From Bacteroidia bacterium (GTDB taxonomy: Bacteria > Bacteroidota > Bacteroidia > UKL13-3), in contig JBAYIE010000021.1 of assembly GCA_041665785.1 (NCBI GenBank), positions 3,727 to 67,726 of the forward strand: a DNA stretch of 64,000 nucleotides, in the 5' to 3' direction. This document shows, piece by piece, positions 9,717 through 19,456 of the stretch. Under the pieces are notes generated by a model, which was given only the letters and a program-made list of their open reading frames with translations, ran no database searches and was not told the DNA's origin. How positions within the stretch are numbered: the first letter of the stretch is position 1; each line of letters begins with the position of its first letter. Position numbers and translations under genes: made by a program.

Positions 9717-11396
9717 ATGTCGGATCACAAAATCATATTCTCCATGGCGGGGGTCAGTAAAATTTACCCGCCAAACAAACAGGTACTGAAAGATATCTAC
9801 CTCTCTTTTTTCTACGGCGCAAAAATTGGGGTACTCGGATTGAACGGTTCGGGTAAGTCGAGCCTATTGCGCATCATAGCCGGTGTAGATAAGAACTTCA
9901 ACGGTGAAGTGGTATTCGATAACAAGAATTATAAAATAGGATTTCTTGAGCAGGAACCGGAATTGGATGAAACCAAAACGGTAATCGAAGTAGTGAAAGA
10001 AGGGGTGAAACCCATTGTAGATATGCTCACCGAATTTGATGAAGTGAACAACAAACTGGCCGAACCCTTGAACGATGCGGAGATGAACAAACTGATGGAT
10101 CGTCAGGCATTTTTAATGGAATGGCTCGAACAGCACGACGCCTGGGAGCTGGATACCAAACTGGATAAGGCCATGGATGCATTGCGTTGTCCGGAACCGG
10201 ATATGCCAATCAATGTGCTTTCGGGTGGAGAACGCCGTCGCGTGGCGTTGTGCCGTTTGTTGCTGAGTAGTCCGGATATTTTATTGCTCGATGAACCTAC
10301 GAATCACCTCGATGCCGAATCAGTAGATTGGCTGGAACAATACCTGCATAATTTTCCTGGAACTGTAATTGCAGTAACCCACGACCGGTATTTCCTGGAT
10401 AATGTAGCGGGATGGATTCTTGAACTGGATCGCGGAGAAGGAATTCCATGGAAAGGAAATTACTCGAGCTGGCTTGAGCAAAAAGCCAATCGTTTGAAAG
10501 CCGAAGAGCGGTCGGAAAGCAAGCGGGCTAAAGCATTGGAGCGGGAACTCGAATGGGTACGCCAGGGTCCAAAGGGTAGACATGCCAAGCAAAAAGCACG
10601 TTTACAATCGTACGACCGCATGTTGGGTGAAGAACAAAAAGAGAAGGAACAACAACTCGAATTGTTTATACCTGCCGGTCCGCGTTTGGGCGATGTGGTT
10701 ATTGAAGCGCAGGGAGTGAGCAAAGCATTCGGAAATAAATTGCTGTACGAAAACCTGAATTTTGCTTTACCAAAAGGAGGAATTGTGGGAATAATTGGTC
10801 CAAATGGTGTAGGTAAAACAACATTGTTTAAACTGATCATGGGACTTGAGCAACCGGATAAAGGAACTTTCAAAGTGGGAGAAACTGTTAAGGTTGCATA
10901 CGTAGATCAAAGCCATAAAGACTTAGTGCCGGATAAATCCGTGTTTGAAGTCATCAGCGGTGGTACTGAAACCATGGTAGTAGGAGGCAAACAGGTGAAT
11001 GCGCGGGCTTATATTTCGAAATTCAATTTTGGTGGTACCGATCAAAGTAAGAAGGTAGGAGTTTTGTCGGGTGGAGAACGTAACCGTGTGCATCTGGCAA
11101 TGACCCTCAAAGAAGGAGGCAATGTATTGTTGCTGGATGAACCTACCAATGATATAGATGTAAACACCTTGCGTGCTTTGGAAGAAGCCATCGAGAATTT
11201 TGCCGGTTGTGTGGTTGTAATTTCCCACGATCGTTGGTTTATCGATCGCATTGCCACACATATTCTGGCCTTCGAAGGCGATTCGCAGGTGTATTGGTTT
11301 GAAGGTAACTACAGCGAATACGAAGAAAATAAAAAGCAACGCCTGGGCGATGTTCAACCACACCGCATACGATTTAAGAATTTTTTGAGCAACTAA
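9717..11396 (+). CDS. ettA: ABC-F ATPase, energy-dependent translational throttle protein EttA
   Basis: 559 aa. Two ABC cassettes (GLNGSGKSS and GPNGVGKTT Walker A, LSGGE signatures). The N-terminus matches the EttA pattern (AGVSKIYPPNKQVLKDISLSFF). Confidence 0.9.
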   Translation: MSDHKIIFSMAGVSKIYPPNKQVLKDIYLSFFYGAKIGVLGLNGSGKSSLLRIIAGVDKNFNGEVVFDNKNYKIGFLEQEPELDETKTVIEVVKEGVKPIVDMLTEFDEVNNKLAEPLNDAEMNKLMDRQAFLMEWLEQHDAWELDTKLDKAMDALRCPEPDMPINVLSGGERRRVALCRLLLSSPDILLLDEPTNHLDAESVDWLEQYLHNFPGTVIAVTHDRYFLDNVAGWILELDRGEGIPWKGNYSSWLEQKANRLKAEERSESKRAKALERELEWVRQGPKGRHAKQKARLQSYDRMLGEEQKEKEQQLELFIPAGPRLGDVVIEAQGVSKAFGNKLLYENLNFALPKGGIVGIIGPNGVGKTTLFKLIMGLEQPDKGTFKVGETVKVAYVDQSHKDLVPDKSVFEVISGGTETMVVGGKQVNARAYISKFNFGGTDQSKKVGVLSGGERNRVHLAMTLKEGGNVLLLDEPTNDIDVNTLRALEEAIENFAGCVVVISHDRWFIDRIATHILAFEGDSQVYWFEGNYSEYEENKKQRLGDVQPHRIRFKNFLSN

Positions 11397-11438
11397 GCAA
11401 CGGAAATATTTTTTGTTTCGTCTTATTAAAAACAACAT

Positions 11439-11972
11439 ATGGAATTAGGAATCGGATCGCGGGTTCGTCATGCCCAATACGGAGAAGGTGTAATCGTGAA
11501 TGTTAAATCAGCTGCCTACAGTATTACATTCATGCAATACGGTCGGAAAGAAGTTGCGCGAGAACACAATGTACTTGAAGTCATTGAAGCCGTTGAATCG
11601 CCCGACGATATGATCAGTAGCGCCGATGTGGAGCGTTCGTTGATCGGCATCCTGCGCCGCTGGAGCGATATTCAGGAAGATGTGAGCCTCGGGCAAAAAT
11701 GGATCCGGGGCAAAATGATTTTACAACCTTCTGATCCGAATTTGCAGGGCAAGGAAATTCCGATTGAAACTTTTTTTCATAAAATTGTGATGTTGCGCGA
11801 CCGTTTGCGTGTAATGGAGCAACGTATCAATGCACATGAATTGTTAACCGACGAAGACAAAGTTAACCTGCAGCAATACCTTACCCGCATTTATGGTTCG
11901 CTCACTACCTTCAATGTCTTATTTAAATTTCCGCACGATCATTTCACCGGAGAAAAGGGAAAAGAAGAATAA
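11439..11972 (+). CDS. hypothetical protein, N-terminal Tudor-like (DUF3553/UvrD-C-like GSRVRHAQYGEGVI) domain
   Basis: 177 aa ORF tightly following ettA. The G-x-R-V-x-H-x-x-x-G-x-G motif is like the C-terminal Tudor domain of UvrD/PcrA and DUF3553. Confidence 0.5.
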   Translation: MELGIGSRVRHAQYGEGVIVNVKSAAYSITFMQYGRKEVAREHNVLEVIEAVESPDDMISSADVERSLIGILRRWSDIQEDVSLGQKWIRGKMILQPSDPNLQGKEIPIETFFHKIVMLRDRLRVMEQRINAHELLTDEDKVNLQQYLTRIYGSLTTFNVLFKFPHDHFTGEKGKEE

Positions 11973-11974
11973 AC

Positions 11975-12940
11975 TTATCGCACCTCCCACAACATAATCT
12001 CCCGGTCGTCGGAGCCACTTAGCAGGGTGTGATCATCCAGCCACAAAAGAGCATTCACCGAGGATATATGTCCGCCTGATTTTACCCGATCAATAACCTT
12101 TAACAGTTCCAGGGATTGTGCAGCCCATATTTTTATGCTTTTATCCATGCTGCAGGTAGCGAGTAAATTTCCTGAAGGGTTAAAGCGAATCTGATTGATA
12201 TGTAACAGGTGTGCCGGAATTTTTTGTACCTGTTTATAGTGATCATCGCAGACATAACTGTGCAAATGTGCATCCCGACCACCGGAGAGTAGATGCGTTT
12301 GATCCGGTGAATAAGCCAGGGCAAAAACCGAATGTGTATGCGCGTCTATTTCCTGTTTGAGTTCAAGTGTCTGCAAATCATATAGACGTATTTTGTTATC
12401 ACTCGAACCGGTTGCCAATTCATTGCGTTGTGCCGATATCGCAATGGTTCGTGTGCTCTTGTTGCTCACTTTTACCGAATGCAATAATTTAAAATCAGCA
12501 GGATCCCATTGGTGCAACATTCCATCTTCGCCACTGGTGTATAAATTATTTTGATGCAGCAACATGCAAAAAACACCAAGCGTATGCGCTTCAATATGAC
12601 GGGTTTCTTTTTTTTGTTTCAGATCAATCACATGTATACCGCCAATTGCTGTGCCGGCCAATACCTGTTGTTGTTCAGGCAATGCACAAATGCTGTAGAT
12701 GGCTTTGTTTACGTTGGCTACCAATTGTCCATCCTGGCGTGTTTTATGATTCCATTCCACTAAATATCCTTCGGCACCTCCGCTATAAAATGCATCGGCA
12801 TGCAATGAATAATTTAAAGAATAAATACAGTTTTTGTGTCCGCTGAATTGATATACTTTTGTTACAGAATGAATACGCATGCCGGTTAATCGGGTTAAAC
12901 AATTGCACAATAATACGTATTTGATCCTTTGGGATATCAC
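11975..12940 (-). CDS. WD40 repeat protein; alternative start at 12880 (MRIHSVTKVYQF)
   Basis: 321 aa with about 7 WD-like repeats (GH...WD spacing). The ATG at 12940 overlaps the PPTase gene by 62 nt, and the ATG at 12880 would abut it inside a GCATGC palindrome. Confidence 0.7.
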   Translation of the reverse strand: MISQRIKYVLLCNCLTRLTGMRIHSVTKVYQFSGHKNCIYSLNYSLHADAFYSGGAEGYLVEWNHKTRQDGQLVANVNKAIYSICALPEQQQVLAGTAIGGIHVIDLKQKKETRHIEAHTLGVFCMLLHQNNLYTSGEDGMLHQWDPADFKLLHSVKVSNKSTRTIAISAQRNELATGSSDNKIRLYDLQTLELKQEIDAHTHSVFALAYSPDQTHLLSGGRDAHLHSYVCDDHYKQVQKIPAHLLHINQIRFNPSGNLLATCSMDKSIKIWAAQSLELLKVIDRVKSGGHISSVNALLWLDDHTLLSGSDDREIMLWEVR

Positions 12941-13514
12941 CGAAACTGCGGATCAGATGCAAAACCAGCTCCACCATCGTTTGCACGATTGGGGAGCAAC
13001 GGCACAACATCGCGAGAACCGACACTGGCTGGCCAGCAGACTGGCGATACTGGAACATTTCCGTAACGAAGAAGTAGAAATTATTAAGGATCCTTTCAAT
13101 AAACCACATTTACGGGTTGATGATCAGGATTGGAACATTTCCATCACCCATTCCTTTGAGAAGGCAGCTGTACTGATCAGTCCGGATCAGCGGGTAGCTT
13201 TAGATCTGGAGCGAATGGACGAGCGTATTGTTCGTGTTAAGAAGAAATTTTGTTCAGATGCCGAACTGGTTTTTTCTGAAATATCCGGTCAGGAATCACA
13301 AAGCCTGGCTTTAATTTGGGCAGCCAAGGAAACGATGTATAAATGGTATGGAAAAAAGGAATTGGATTTCAAACGCAACCTGCATGTACATCCGTTTCAA
13401 TTGAATGATGGATTGACGCAACTTCACGGCCGGATTCAAAAAGGAACTTACTTTTCAGAACATATTATCCAACTCGAAAAAATGGGCGAATATGTATTGA
13501 CGTATTTGGTTTAG
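12879..13514 (+). CDS. 4'-phosphopantetheinyl transferase superfamily protein (Sfp-type)
   Basis: 211 aa. WAAKETMYKW motif (W-x-x-KEA-x-x-K) and acidic Mg-binding region DLERMDER. Confidence 0.7.
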   Translation: MPVNRVKQLHNNTYLILWDITETADQMQNQLHHRLHDWGATAQHRENRHWLASRLAILEHFRNEEVEIIKDPFNKPHLRVDDQDWNISITHSFEKAAVLISPDQRVALDLERMDERIVRVKKKFCSDAELVFSEISGQESQSLALIWAAKETMYKWYGKKELDFKRNLHVHPFQLNDGLTQLHGRIQKGTYFSEHIIQLEKMGEYVLTYLV

Positions 13515-13901
13515 CTAGTCGTTTTTCTCTATCATTACTTCTTCCAGTTTGCCGCTTTCCGGATTGAGGGTAAAGCGTACATACATCAGTGCATCTTCTG
13601 CCTTATTGTAGATTCCAAATGTCTGCACGTACCCGTTATTGGTTTCAGAAGCTTTGCGAACGCTTGAATTTTTTGGAAACTCAACACAGGTTTTCATCAA
13701 TGCATTGAGGGATGACGGAGTATTCACAGTACGATCCAGCGTATCGCAGATTACATTAACCGGTGTTTCCATAAATGCAGTCAAATCGAGGCGCATAAAT
13801 GCTGTTTTCAATTCGGCATCTTTTTTAAATGCTTCGTGCTCTTCTTGTGCATTGGCAGCAAAAAAGCCAAAGAACAAAAGCGAAAAAAATAAACTTTTCA
13901 T
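13515..13901 (-). CDS. small secreted hypothetical protein
   Basis: 128 aa with signal peptide MKSLFFSLLFFGFFAANAQ. Convergent with the PPTase gene. Confidence 0.5.
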   Translation of the reverse strand: MKSLFFSLLFFGFFAANAQEEHEAFKKDAELKTAFMRLDLTAFMETPVNVICDTLDRTVNTPSSLNALMKTCVEFPKNSSVRKASETNNGYVQTFGIYNKAEDALMYVRFTLNPESGKLEEVMIEKND

Positions 13902-13925
13902 ATGTGTTTGGTTTGGTAATGGGTT

Positions 13926-14582
13926 TTAATTTTTTTTCAGGCGATGCTTGATCACTTCAACCAGAATCGGCAACAACGAAATCAGGATAATGGCGAAGAC
14001 CACCGTTTCGAAATTATTTTTAACAATATCAAAGCCGCCAAAGAAATATCCGGCCAGCGATAGCATGCCAACCCATAAAACAGCGCCGGTGATGCAATAG
14101 ATAATATAACGCGAATAGGTCATGCTGCCCACACCGGCCACAAACGGAGCAAAGGTACGTACGATAGGGATAAAGCGGGCAATGATGATGGTGCGTGCTC
14201 CGTTCTTCTCATAAAAAGCGTGGGTTTTATCGAGGTAGTCTTTGCGTATGGTAAAAATGCCAAAGAGTTTTGCCCCTTCTCCTTTTTTGGCTAAAAATTT
14301 GCCTATAAAATAGTTTGTATTGTCGCCGGCCAGTGCAGCCATAATCAATAAGATCATGATCAATCCTATGTTCAGGTTGTTGGCAGGATTTGCGGCCAGG
14401 GCTCCTGCAGCAAATAACAGGGAATCGCCCGGCAGGAAAGGCATTACCACCAGGCCGGTCTCGCAAAACACGATCAGGAAAAGGAGCAGGTATACAAGTG
14501 TTCCGTAAGTACTGATAAAGGTTTCCAGGTGTTTGTCGATGTGGATGACAAAGTCAATAAGATCGGTGAAGCTAAATTCCAT
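13926..14582 (-). CDS. DedA/SNARE-associated family membrane protein
   Basis: 218 aa multi-pass membrane protein with the DedA signature region VVMPFLPGDSLLFAAGALAA. Confidence 0.8.
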   Translation of the reverse strand: MEFSFTDLIDFVIHIDKHLETFISTYGTLVYLLLFLIVFCETGLVVMPFLPGDSLLFAAGALAANPANNLNIGLIMILLIMAALAGDNTNYFIGKFLAKKGEGAKLFGIFTIRKDYLDKTHAFYEKNGARTIIIARFIPIVRTFAPFVAGVGSMTYSRYIIYCITGAVLWVGMLSLAGYFFGGFDIVKNNFETVVFAIILISLLPILVEVIKHRLKKN

Positions 14583-14754
14583 GCGGTTATTTTAAGTGCT
14601 GCAATTTTAAGCATATTTAATAATTTTGCAGGGTGAAAAGATTCCTTCCTCTTTTGTGGATCGCCGCTTTGTCGTTAACCTTGTTAACCATGCAATCGTG
14701 CAGCACCTCCAAACCGGGCTTAAAAAAGAAATGCAATTGCCCTAACGGATTTTA

Positions 14755-15555
14755 ATGAGTCAGCCCCTGATCAGCTTAATTACCGTAGTGTTCAATGCCG
14801 AAAAGGTGTTGGCGCAAACCCTGCAGTCGGCGGTGGATCAAACCTACCAACATATTGAACTGGTGATTGTGGATGGTGGTTCTACGGACAAGACCCTTGA
14901 AATCGCTCAACAATACAAATCGCATACAGGCACCCTCATCAGTGAAAAGGACAAGGGAATATACGATGCTATGAACAAAGGCATACGAGCAGCCAAAGGA
15001 GAGTGGATCTATTTTTTGAATGCCGGAGATCACTTTTTCAGCAAGCATACGCTGGAAGATTTATTCATGCACCACGATTTTACAGCATACGATTTTATCT
15101 ATGCCAAGGTGCAAACCATCAATGAGCCAACAGGAGTGGATTATCACAACGGAAAGCCGGTGAAGTTCCGTGATTTTTATTTTTCCTATCCCATTTGCCA
15201 TCAAGCTACATTTACCCGCAAACGTGCATTTGATACCATTGGCATATTTGATACCCGTTTAAAGCTGACGGCAGATACCGAATGGTTTACCCGCCTGTTT
15301 CGCGATTTCGAACGCAAAACACATTTTGTAAATCAGGTCATTGCATTTTATGATGTGCAGGGAGCTTCGTACCACAAGCGCATGCAGGGATACCGTGAAT
15401 TCTTGAAATATACACCACGCTATTTTCCCTGGTATGTCAACCTGTATAATTTTCTTTTGTATCCATTAATCTGGTGCAAGGTGAAATTAATCCGGGCATT
15501 AACAGGTACCCGCCTTTTTTCTTATTATCGTAAACTCAAATTCAATCCATCGTAG
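14755..15555 (+). CDS. glycosyltransferase family 2
   Basis: ISLITVVFNAEKVLAQTLQSAVDQTY...VIVDGGSTD N-terminal GT-A fold signature with a DxD-like region. Confidence 0.8.
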   Translation: MSQPLISLITVVFNAEKVLAQTLQSAVDQTYQHIELVIVDGGSTDKTLEIAQQYKSHTGTLISEKDKGIYDAMNKGIRAAKGEWIYFLNAGDHFFSKHTLEDLFMHHDFTAYDFIYAKVQTINEPTGVDYHNGKPVKFRDFYFSYPICHQATFTRKRAFDTIGIFDTRLKLTADTEWFTRLFRDFERKTHFVNQVIAFYDVQGASYHKRMQGYREFLKYTPRYFPWYVNLYNFLLYPLIWCKVKLIRALTGTRLFSYYRKLKFNPS

Positions 15556-16194
15556 ATGTCTTTTCTAAAACCGCATAAGTTTAAATACTTCGATAAAAAC
15601 CTGACCGGCAAACCGTTTAATCTGTTGGATGTTGGTGCCGGAAGCAATAGCCCCACCAAAACCAAAGAGTTTTATCCGCAATGCAATTACCATGGAATCG
15701 ACCGTGGAAATTACCGCAACAGCGACGCAGATTTTAAGGCCATGACGGCGTATTACGAAATGGATCTTACGGAACTGAAATTTGATGTTATTCCCAATGA
15801 TCATTTCGATATCATCATTATGTCGCATGTGATTGAACACCTGCACAACGGCGACAAAGTGATTGAAGGACTTTTACCCAAACTGAAAAAAGGTGGGTAC
15901 ATCTATATTGAGTTTCCCGGCGAAAAGAGCACACGTCTGCCCAGCATGCGCGACACGTTAAACTTTTACGACGATTCAACCCATGTGCGCTTGTTTAGCC
16001 ACAAGGAAGTTTCGGGCATCTTAAGCAAAAACGGGTTTACCATTTTGAAAGCCGGAACCCGCCGCCATTGGCCGGTTATACTGTTGCTTCCCTTTGCCAT
16101 TGTGCACCAATGGATGAAATACAAATACATACCGGGTGGTGTGTTTTGGGATTTGCTGGGGTTTGCAGAGTTTGTTTACGCGAGAAAGGAGTAG
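15556..16194 (+). CDS. class I SAM-dependent methyltransferase
   Basis: LLDVGAGSNS glycine-rich SAM-binding motif. The start codon abuts the GT2 stop codon, so they are probably co-transcribed. Confidence 0.7.
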   Translation: MSFLKPHKFKYFDKNLTGKPFNLLDVGAGSNSPTKTKEFYPQCNYHGIDRGNYRNSDADFKAMTAYYEMDLTELKFDVIPNDHFDIIIMSHVIEHLHNGDKVIEGLLPKLKKGGYIYIEFPGEKSTRLPSMRDTLNFYDDSTHVRLFSHKEVSGILSKNGFTILKAGTRRHWPVILLLPFAIVHQWMKYKYIPGGVFWDLLGFAEFVYARKE

Positions 16195-16436
16195 GAATTC
16201 ATTCATTTATCATTCGGTCATTTTTTGCCGGATTACCGAAAAGGTTAAAGTAAGAAGTCCAGTTACTTATCGGGCAAGTAACCTGATTATCTAAAGGAGC
16301 ATTCTCACCAGCAGGTCAAGGGCACAAATCGAGGAATTGTTAAACATCCGGGAAAAGTGGATAAAGTACCTGGTGCCCAATTTTCACAAGATCAAATATA
16401 GTTTAAACTTGAATCAGAGCATTCCGGCAGGAGGCT

Positions 16437-16590
16437 GAGGGATCGCCCTAAAGTTAAGCTTGCGCATCCTTTACGGGTAAAGCCCGGAGCGCAGCGAGGA
16501 CTTGCAACGAAGAGCCCGACCCCTGAAGCATGCGTTTATCGCCTATTTCTATTTAAGGAGTATGTCACACGCTTAACTTCAGGGGACAGC
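16437..16590 (+). repeat. copy B of structured intergenic repeat (GAGGGATCGCCCTAAAG...AAAGCCCGGAGCGCAGCGAGGACTTGCAACG...hairpin CCCCTGAAG/CTTCAGGGG)
   Basis: Aligns along its length with copy C and, over the core, with copy A in reverse. Lies in the 520 bp gap upstream of the DEAD-box helicase gene. Confidence 0.8.
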
Positions 16591-16691
16591 CCCAAACATG
16601 AATGCTTCATTGATTTGCAAAAGAAAAATGGAATGACTGAGCCTTATTCATGCTTAATGGAATAAAAGTCAGGTAGTTCCAAAAATTGGTC

Positions 16692-16699
16692 TATCTTTG
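16692..16699 (+). promoter_or_regulatory. Bacteroidetes sigma-A type -7 element TATCTTTG with TTG about 20 bp upstream, promoter for the helicase gene
   Basis: TAnnTTTG consensus 24 nt upstream of the TTG start codon at 16723. Confidence 0.4.
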
Positions 16700-16722
16700 C
16701 CGCTCATTTTAAATAACGTACA

Positions 16723-18567
16723 TTGACAACATTCAACGAATTGGGCTTAGACGCGTCCGTACTAAGCGCCATCTCGGAACTGGGTTTTGAAACACCCACT
16801 CCCATACAGGAGCAGTCCATTCCTGTATTTTTAGAGACCGAAAGAGACATTTTAGGATTAGCTCAAACCGGCACGGGTAAGACCGCTGCATTTGGCCTCC
16901 CGATCTTACAAAAGATAGATTTTAGCAGCAAAACAACCCAGGCTCTGGTAGTTTGCCCAACCCGCGAACTGTGTAATCAGATTACACGCGATTTGTTGAG
17001 TTACAGCAAATTTATTCCCAATGTGAATATTGTTGCCGTTTATGGCGGTGCAAGTATTATGCAACAGGTAGATCAGTTGAAACGTGGTGCTCAAATTATT
17101 GTAGCCACACCTGGTCGTTTGATGGATCTCATGAGCCGCAAAGCGGTAAAGATTCAAAACATCGATTATGTAGTGCTCGACGAAGCCGACGAAATGCTCA
17201 ATATGGGCTTTCGTGAAGATATCGAAGAAATTTTATCAGGAACTCCCGACACCAAGCGTGTATGCCTATTTAGTGCAACCATGCCGAAGGAAGTTCGCCA
17301 GATTGCCGATAAATACCTGAACGATCCGGTTGAAATTACTGTAGGGAAAAAGAATTCGGGTAACGAAAATATCGTTCACGAGTATGCTGTAGTTCACGCA
17401 AAAGATAAAATTGCTGCCCTTAAGCGCGTGCTAGATTTTACCAGCGATCATTTTTACGGAATTATTTTCTGTACTACCAAAAACGAAACGCAGGATATCA
17501 GCGATAAACTGATCCGCGATGGTTACAATGCCGATTGCCTTCATGGCGATTTGAGCCAGGGTCAGCGCGAGAAAGTGATGAACCGTTTTCGCCATCAGGC
17601 CATTAAAATTCTGTTGGCAACCGATGTGGCTGCCCGTGGTATCGATGTAAGCGGATTAACACATATTATCCATTACCATTTGCCCGACGATATTGAGAAT
17701 TACACCCACCGTAGCGGACGTACAGGTCGTGCGGGTAAGAAAGGGGTATCTTTTACACTCCTCAATATGCGCGAAGCATATAAGTTGAAGGAAATTGAAC
17801 GCCTTACAAATATCAAATTTCAACGGATCCTGATTCCTTCAGCCATTGAAGTACGCGATAAAAAATTGCTGGCTTTTATGTCGACCATCGAGAAAACAGA
17901 AATTGAAGAAGAAATATTCGACGAAAACGTAATGTCGGCACTCGAACGTCTGGATGAATTAACGAAAGTTGAACTCATCAAGAAAATGTTGTCGCTCGAA
18001 TTGAAACGTTTCTCGGCAGAGTACCTGGTTGGTCCGGATCTGAACGTAACCGGAACCTCTTCACGTGATGGAGAAGGAGCAGTTGCACGTGGTACGCGCT
18101 TATTTGTAAGCGTTGGATCCAAAGACGGATTGAATGCAGGATCTCTGAAAGATTTCATTTGTACCCTCAGCGATGTGCCTGCAAAGGACATTATCCGTGT
18201 GGATGTAAAAGGAGTTTATTCTTTTGTGAACATTGAACCCCAACATGTGGATGCGATTATGAAAACCGTACATGGTGCTATGTACCACGACCGTAAGGTG
18301 CGAATCGAAGCATCGGGTGAGCAATCCGACAGCGGAAGATCGCGCAGCAGCTATGGCGGTGGCGGTGGTGGTCGCAGCGGCGGTCGCAGTTACGGAAGCC
18401 GCGACGGTAACAGAAGCGGTGGCGGAGGTGGTTATGGAAGAAGCGAAGGCCAGGGCAACCGTGGCGGTAGCGGAGGCTTTAACCGTGGTGGCAGTTCTGA
18501 CCGCAAAAGAAGTGGTGGATTCGAAAGCCGTGGCGGAAGCGGAAGAACCCGTCGCCGCGACTCCTAA
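16723..18567 (+). CDS. DEAD-box ATP-dependent RNA helicase (DeaD/CshA-like) with DbpA-type RNA-binding domain and Gly/Arg-rich RGG tail; TTG start
   Basis: Motifs AQTGTGKTAAF, DEAD, SAT, HRSGRTGRAG. The C-terminal 90 aa are low-complexity GGG/RSG repeats. Confidence 0.9.
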   Translation: MTTFNELGLDASVLSAISELGFETPTPIQEQSIPVFLETERDILGLAQTGTGKTAAFGLPILQKIDFSSKTTQALVVCPTRELCNQITRDLLSYSKFIPNVNIVAVYGGASIMQQVDQLKRGAQIIVATPGRLMDLMSRKAVKIQNIDYVVLDEADEMLNMGFREDIEEILSGTPDTKRVCLFSATMPKEVRQIADKYLNDPVEITVGKKNSGNENIVHEYAVVHAKDKIAALKRVLDFTSDHFYGIIFCTTKNETQDISDKLIRDGYNADCLHGDLSQGQREKVMNRFRHQAIKILLATDVAARGIDVSGLTHIIHYHLPDDIENYTHRSGRTGRAGKKGVSFTLLNMREAYKLKEIERLTNIKFQRILIPSAIEVRDKKLLAFMSTIEKTEIEEEIFDENVMSALERLDELTKVELIKKMLSLELKRFSAEYLVGPDLNVTGTSSRDGEGAVARGTRLFVSVGSKDGLNAGSLKDFICTLSDVPAKDIIRVDVKGVYSFVNIEPQHVDAIMKTVHGAMYHDRKVRIEASGEQSDSGRSRSSYGGGGGGRSGGRSYGSRDGNRSGGGGGYGRSEGQGNRGGSGGFNRGGSSDRKRSGGFESRGGSGRTRRRDS

Positions 18568-18578
18568 TTCATAACTCC

Positions 18579-18613
18579 GACTTCGTACTTCATAATTCGT
18601 ACTTCGTAATTTT
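18579..18613. repeat. short tandem array of TTCGTA/YGTAAT motifs (CTTCGTACTTCATAATTCGTACTTCGTAATTTT) just after the helicase stop
   Basis: Same motif family as the 60.8-61.1 kb minisatellite and the sites at 1899 and 57021. Confidence 0.6.
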
Positions 18614-18658
18614 GGTATGACCTTTGTTTGTTTTACTTTTATAAATGAAATTTAAATT

Positions 18659-19363
18659 ATGAAAGTCAGGATAATTATGGCCATCAGTTGTTTGCATCTG
18701 ATGCTCAATACACAGGCACAAACCCGTACTTACGTTTCCGGTTCCAGTGAAATGATCTTCTCGTTCGGGAAGATCATTTCAAACGGAAACGAAATGAGCA
18801 GCGAATTACGCTGGTCGCCTGTATTCAACGGAGAAGGTTTGATGAACCATGATTTTACCCAACATATGGGCATATTTTATGGATTGGCTTACCGCAACGT
18901 TGGATTTATTTATAAACCAACGGCCGATACCCTTAAAAAATTCAGAACGTATAACCTGGGTATTCCTGTTGGGATTAAGCTCGGGAACCTCGATGGTACT
19001 TTTCTGTATGGAGGATACGAGTTTGAAATGCCCTTCAATTACAAGGAAAAAACCTTTATCGACGAAGTAAAGAAAGAGGTATTTGACGTGTGGTTTACTG
19101 ACCGTGTAAACTGGTACACACAATCGGTATTTTTTGGTATCAACTTCAAAGGAGGGACCAACCTGAAGTTCAAATATTATATCGATCCTTTCTTCAACCG
19201 GAATTTCTCGCAAACCGTTGCCGGAGTGGCTACCAAGCCATTTGAAAAACTGGAAGTGAATGTATTTTATATTGCATTGAGCTGGAATGTGTTTAAAGAT
19301 GTGAAGTCATATAACAAGAGCCGGTTTAACAAGCAAGCTGAGCACGTGCCAACTGCTTTGTAA
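18659..19363 (+). CDS. hypothetical outer-membrane beta-barrel-like protein with signal peptide
   Basis: 234 aa. Signal MKVRIIMAISCLHLMLNTQAQ. Alternating aromatic/hydrophobic beta pattern and a C-terminal aromatic-rich region. Confidence 0.5.
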   Translation: MKVRIIMAISCLHLMLNTQAQTRTYVSGSSEMIFSFGKIISNGNEMSSELRWSPVFNGEGLMNHDFTQHMGIFYGLAYRNVGFIYKPTADTLKKFRTYNLGIPVGIKLGNLDGTFLYGGYEFEMPFNYKEKTFIDEVKKEVFDVWFTDRVNWYTQSVFFGINFKGGTNLKFKYYIDPFFNRNFSQTVAGVATKPFEKLEVNVFYIALSWNVFKDVKSYNKSRFNKQAEHVPTAL

Positions 19364-19456
19364 AAAAGCAACCTGTCCCCCTAAATTTTATTATTTTCGC
19401 TGCCCGGCCTGTATTAAGTGATACAGGATAAGGATTCTACTTTTAACGCAATTATC

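Noticed and set aside
16261-16283. Perfect 8 bp inverted repeat AGTTACTT-N7-AAGTAACT 65 nt after the methyltransferase stop
   Set aside because: No T-tract follows, so it is not a convincing intrinsic terminator. Could be a protein-binding palindrome, but it occurs once.
18272-18574. Ala/Val-rich 100 aa plus ORF overlapping the helicase tail
   Set aside because: It comes from the alternative frame of the GGC/GGT repeats that encode the helicase Gly-rich tail. Compositional artefact.
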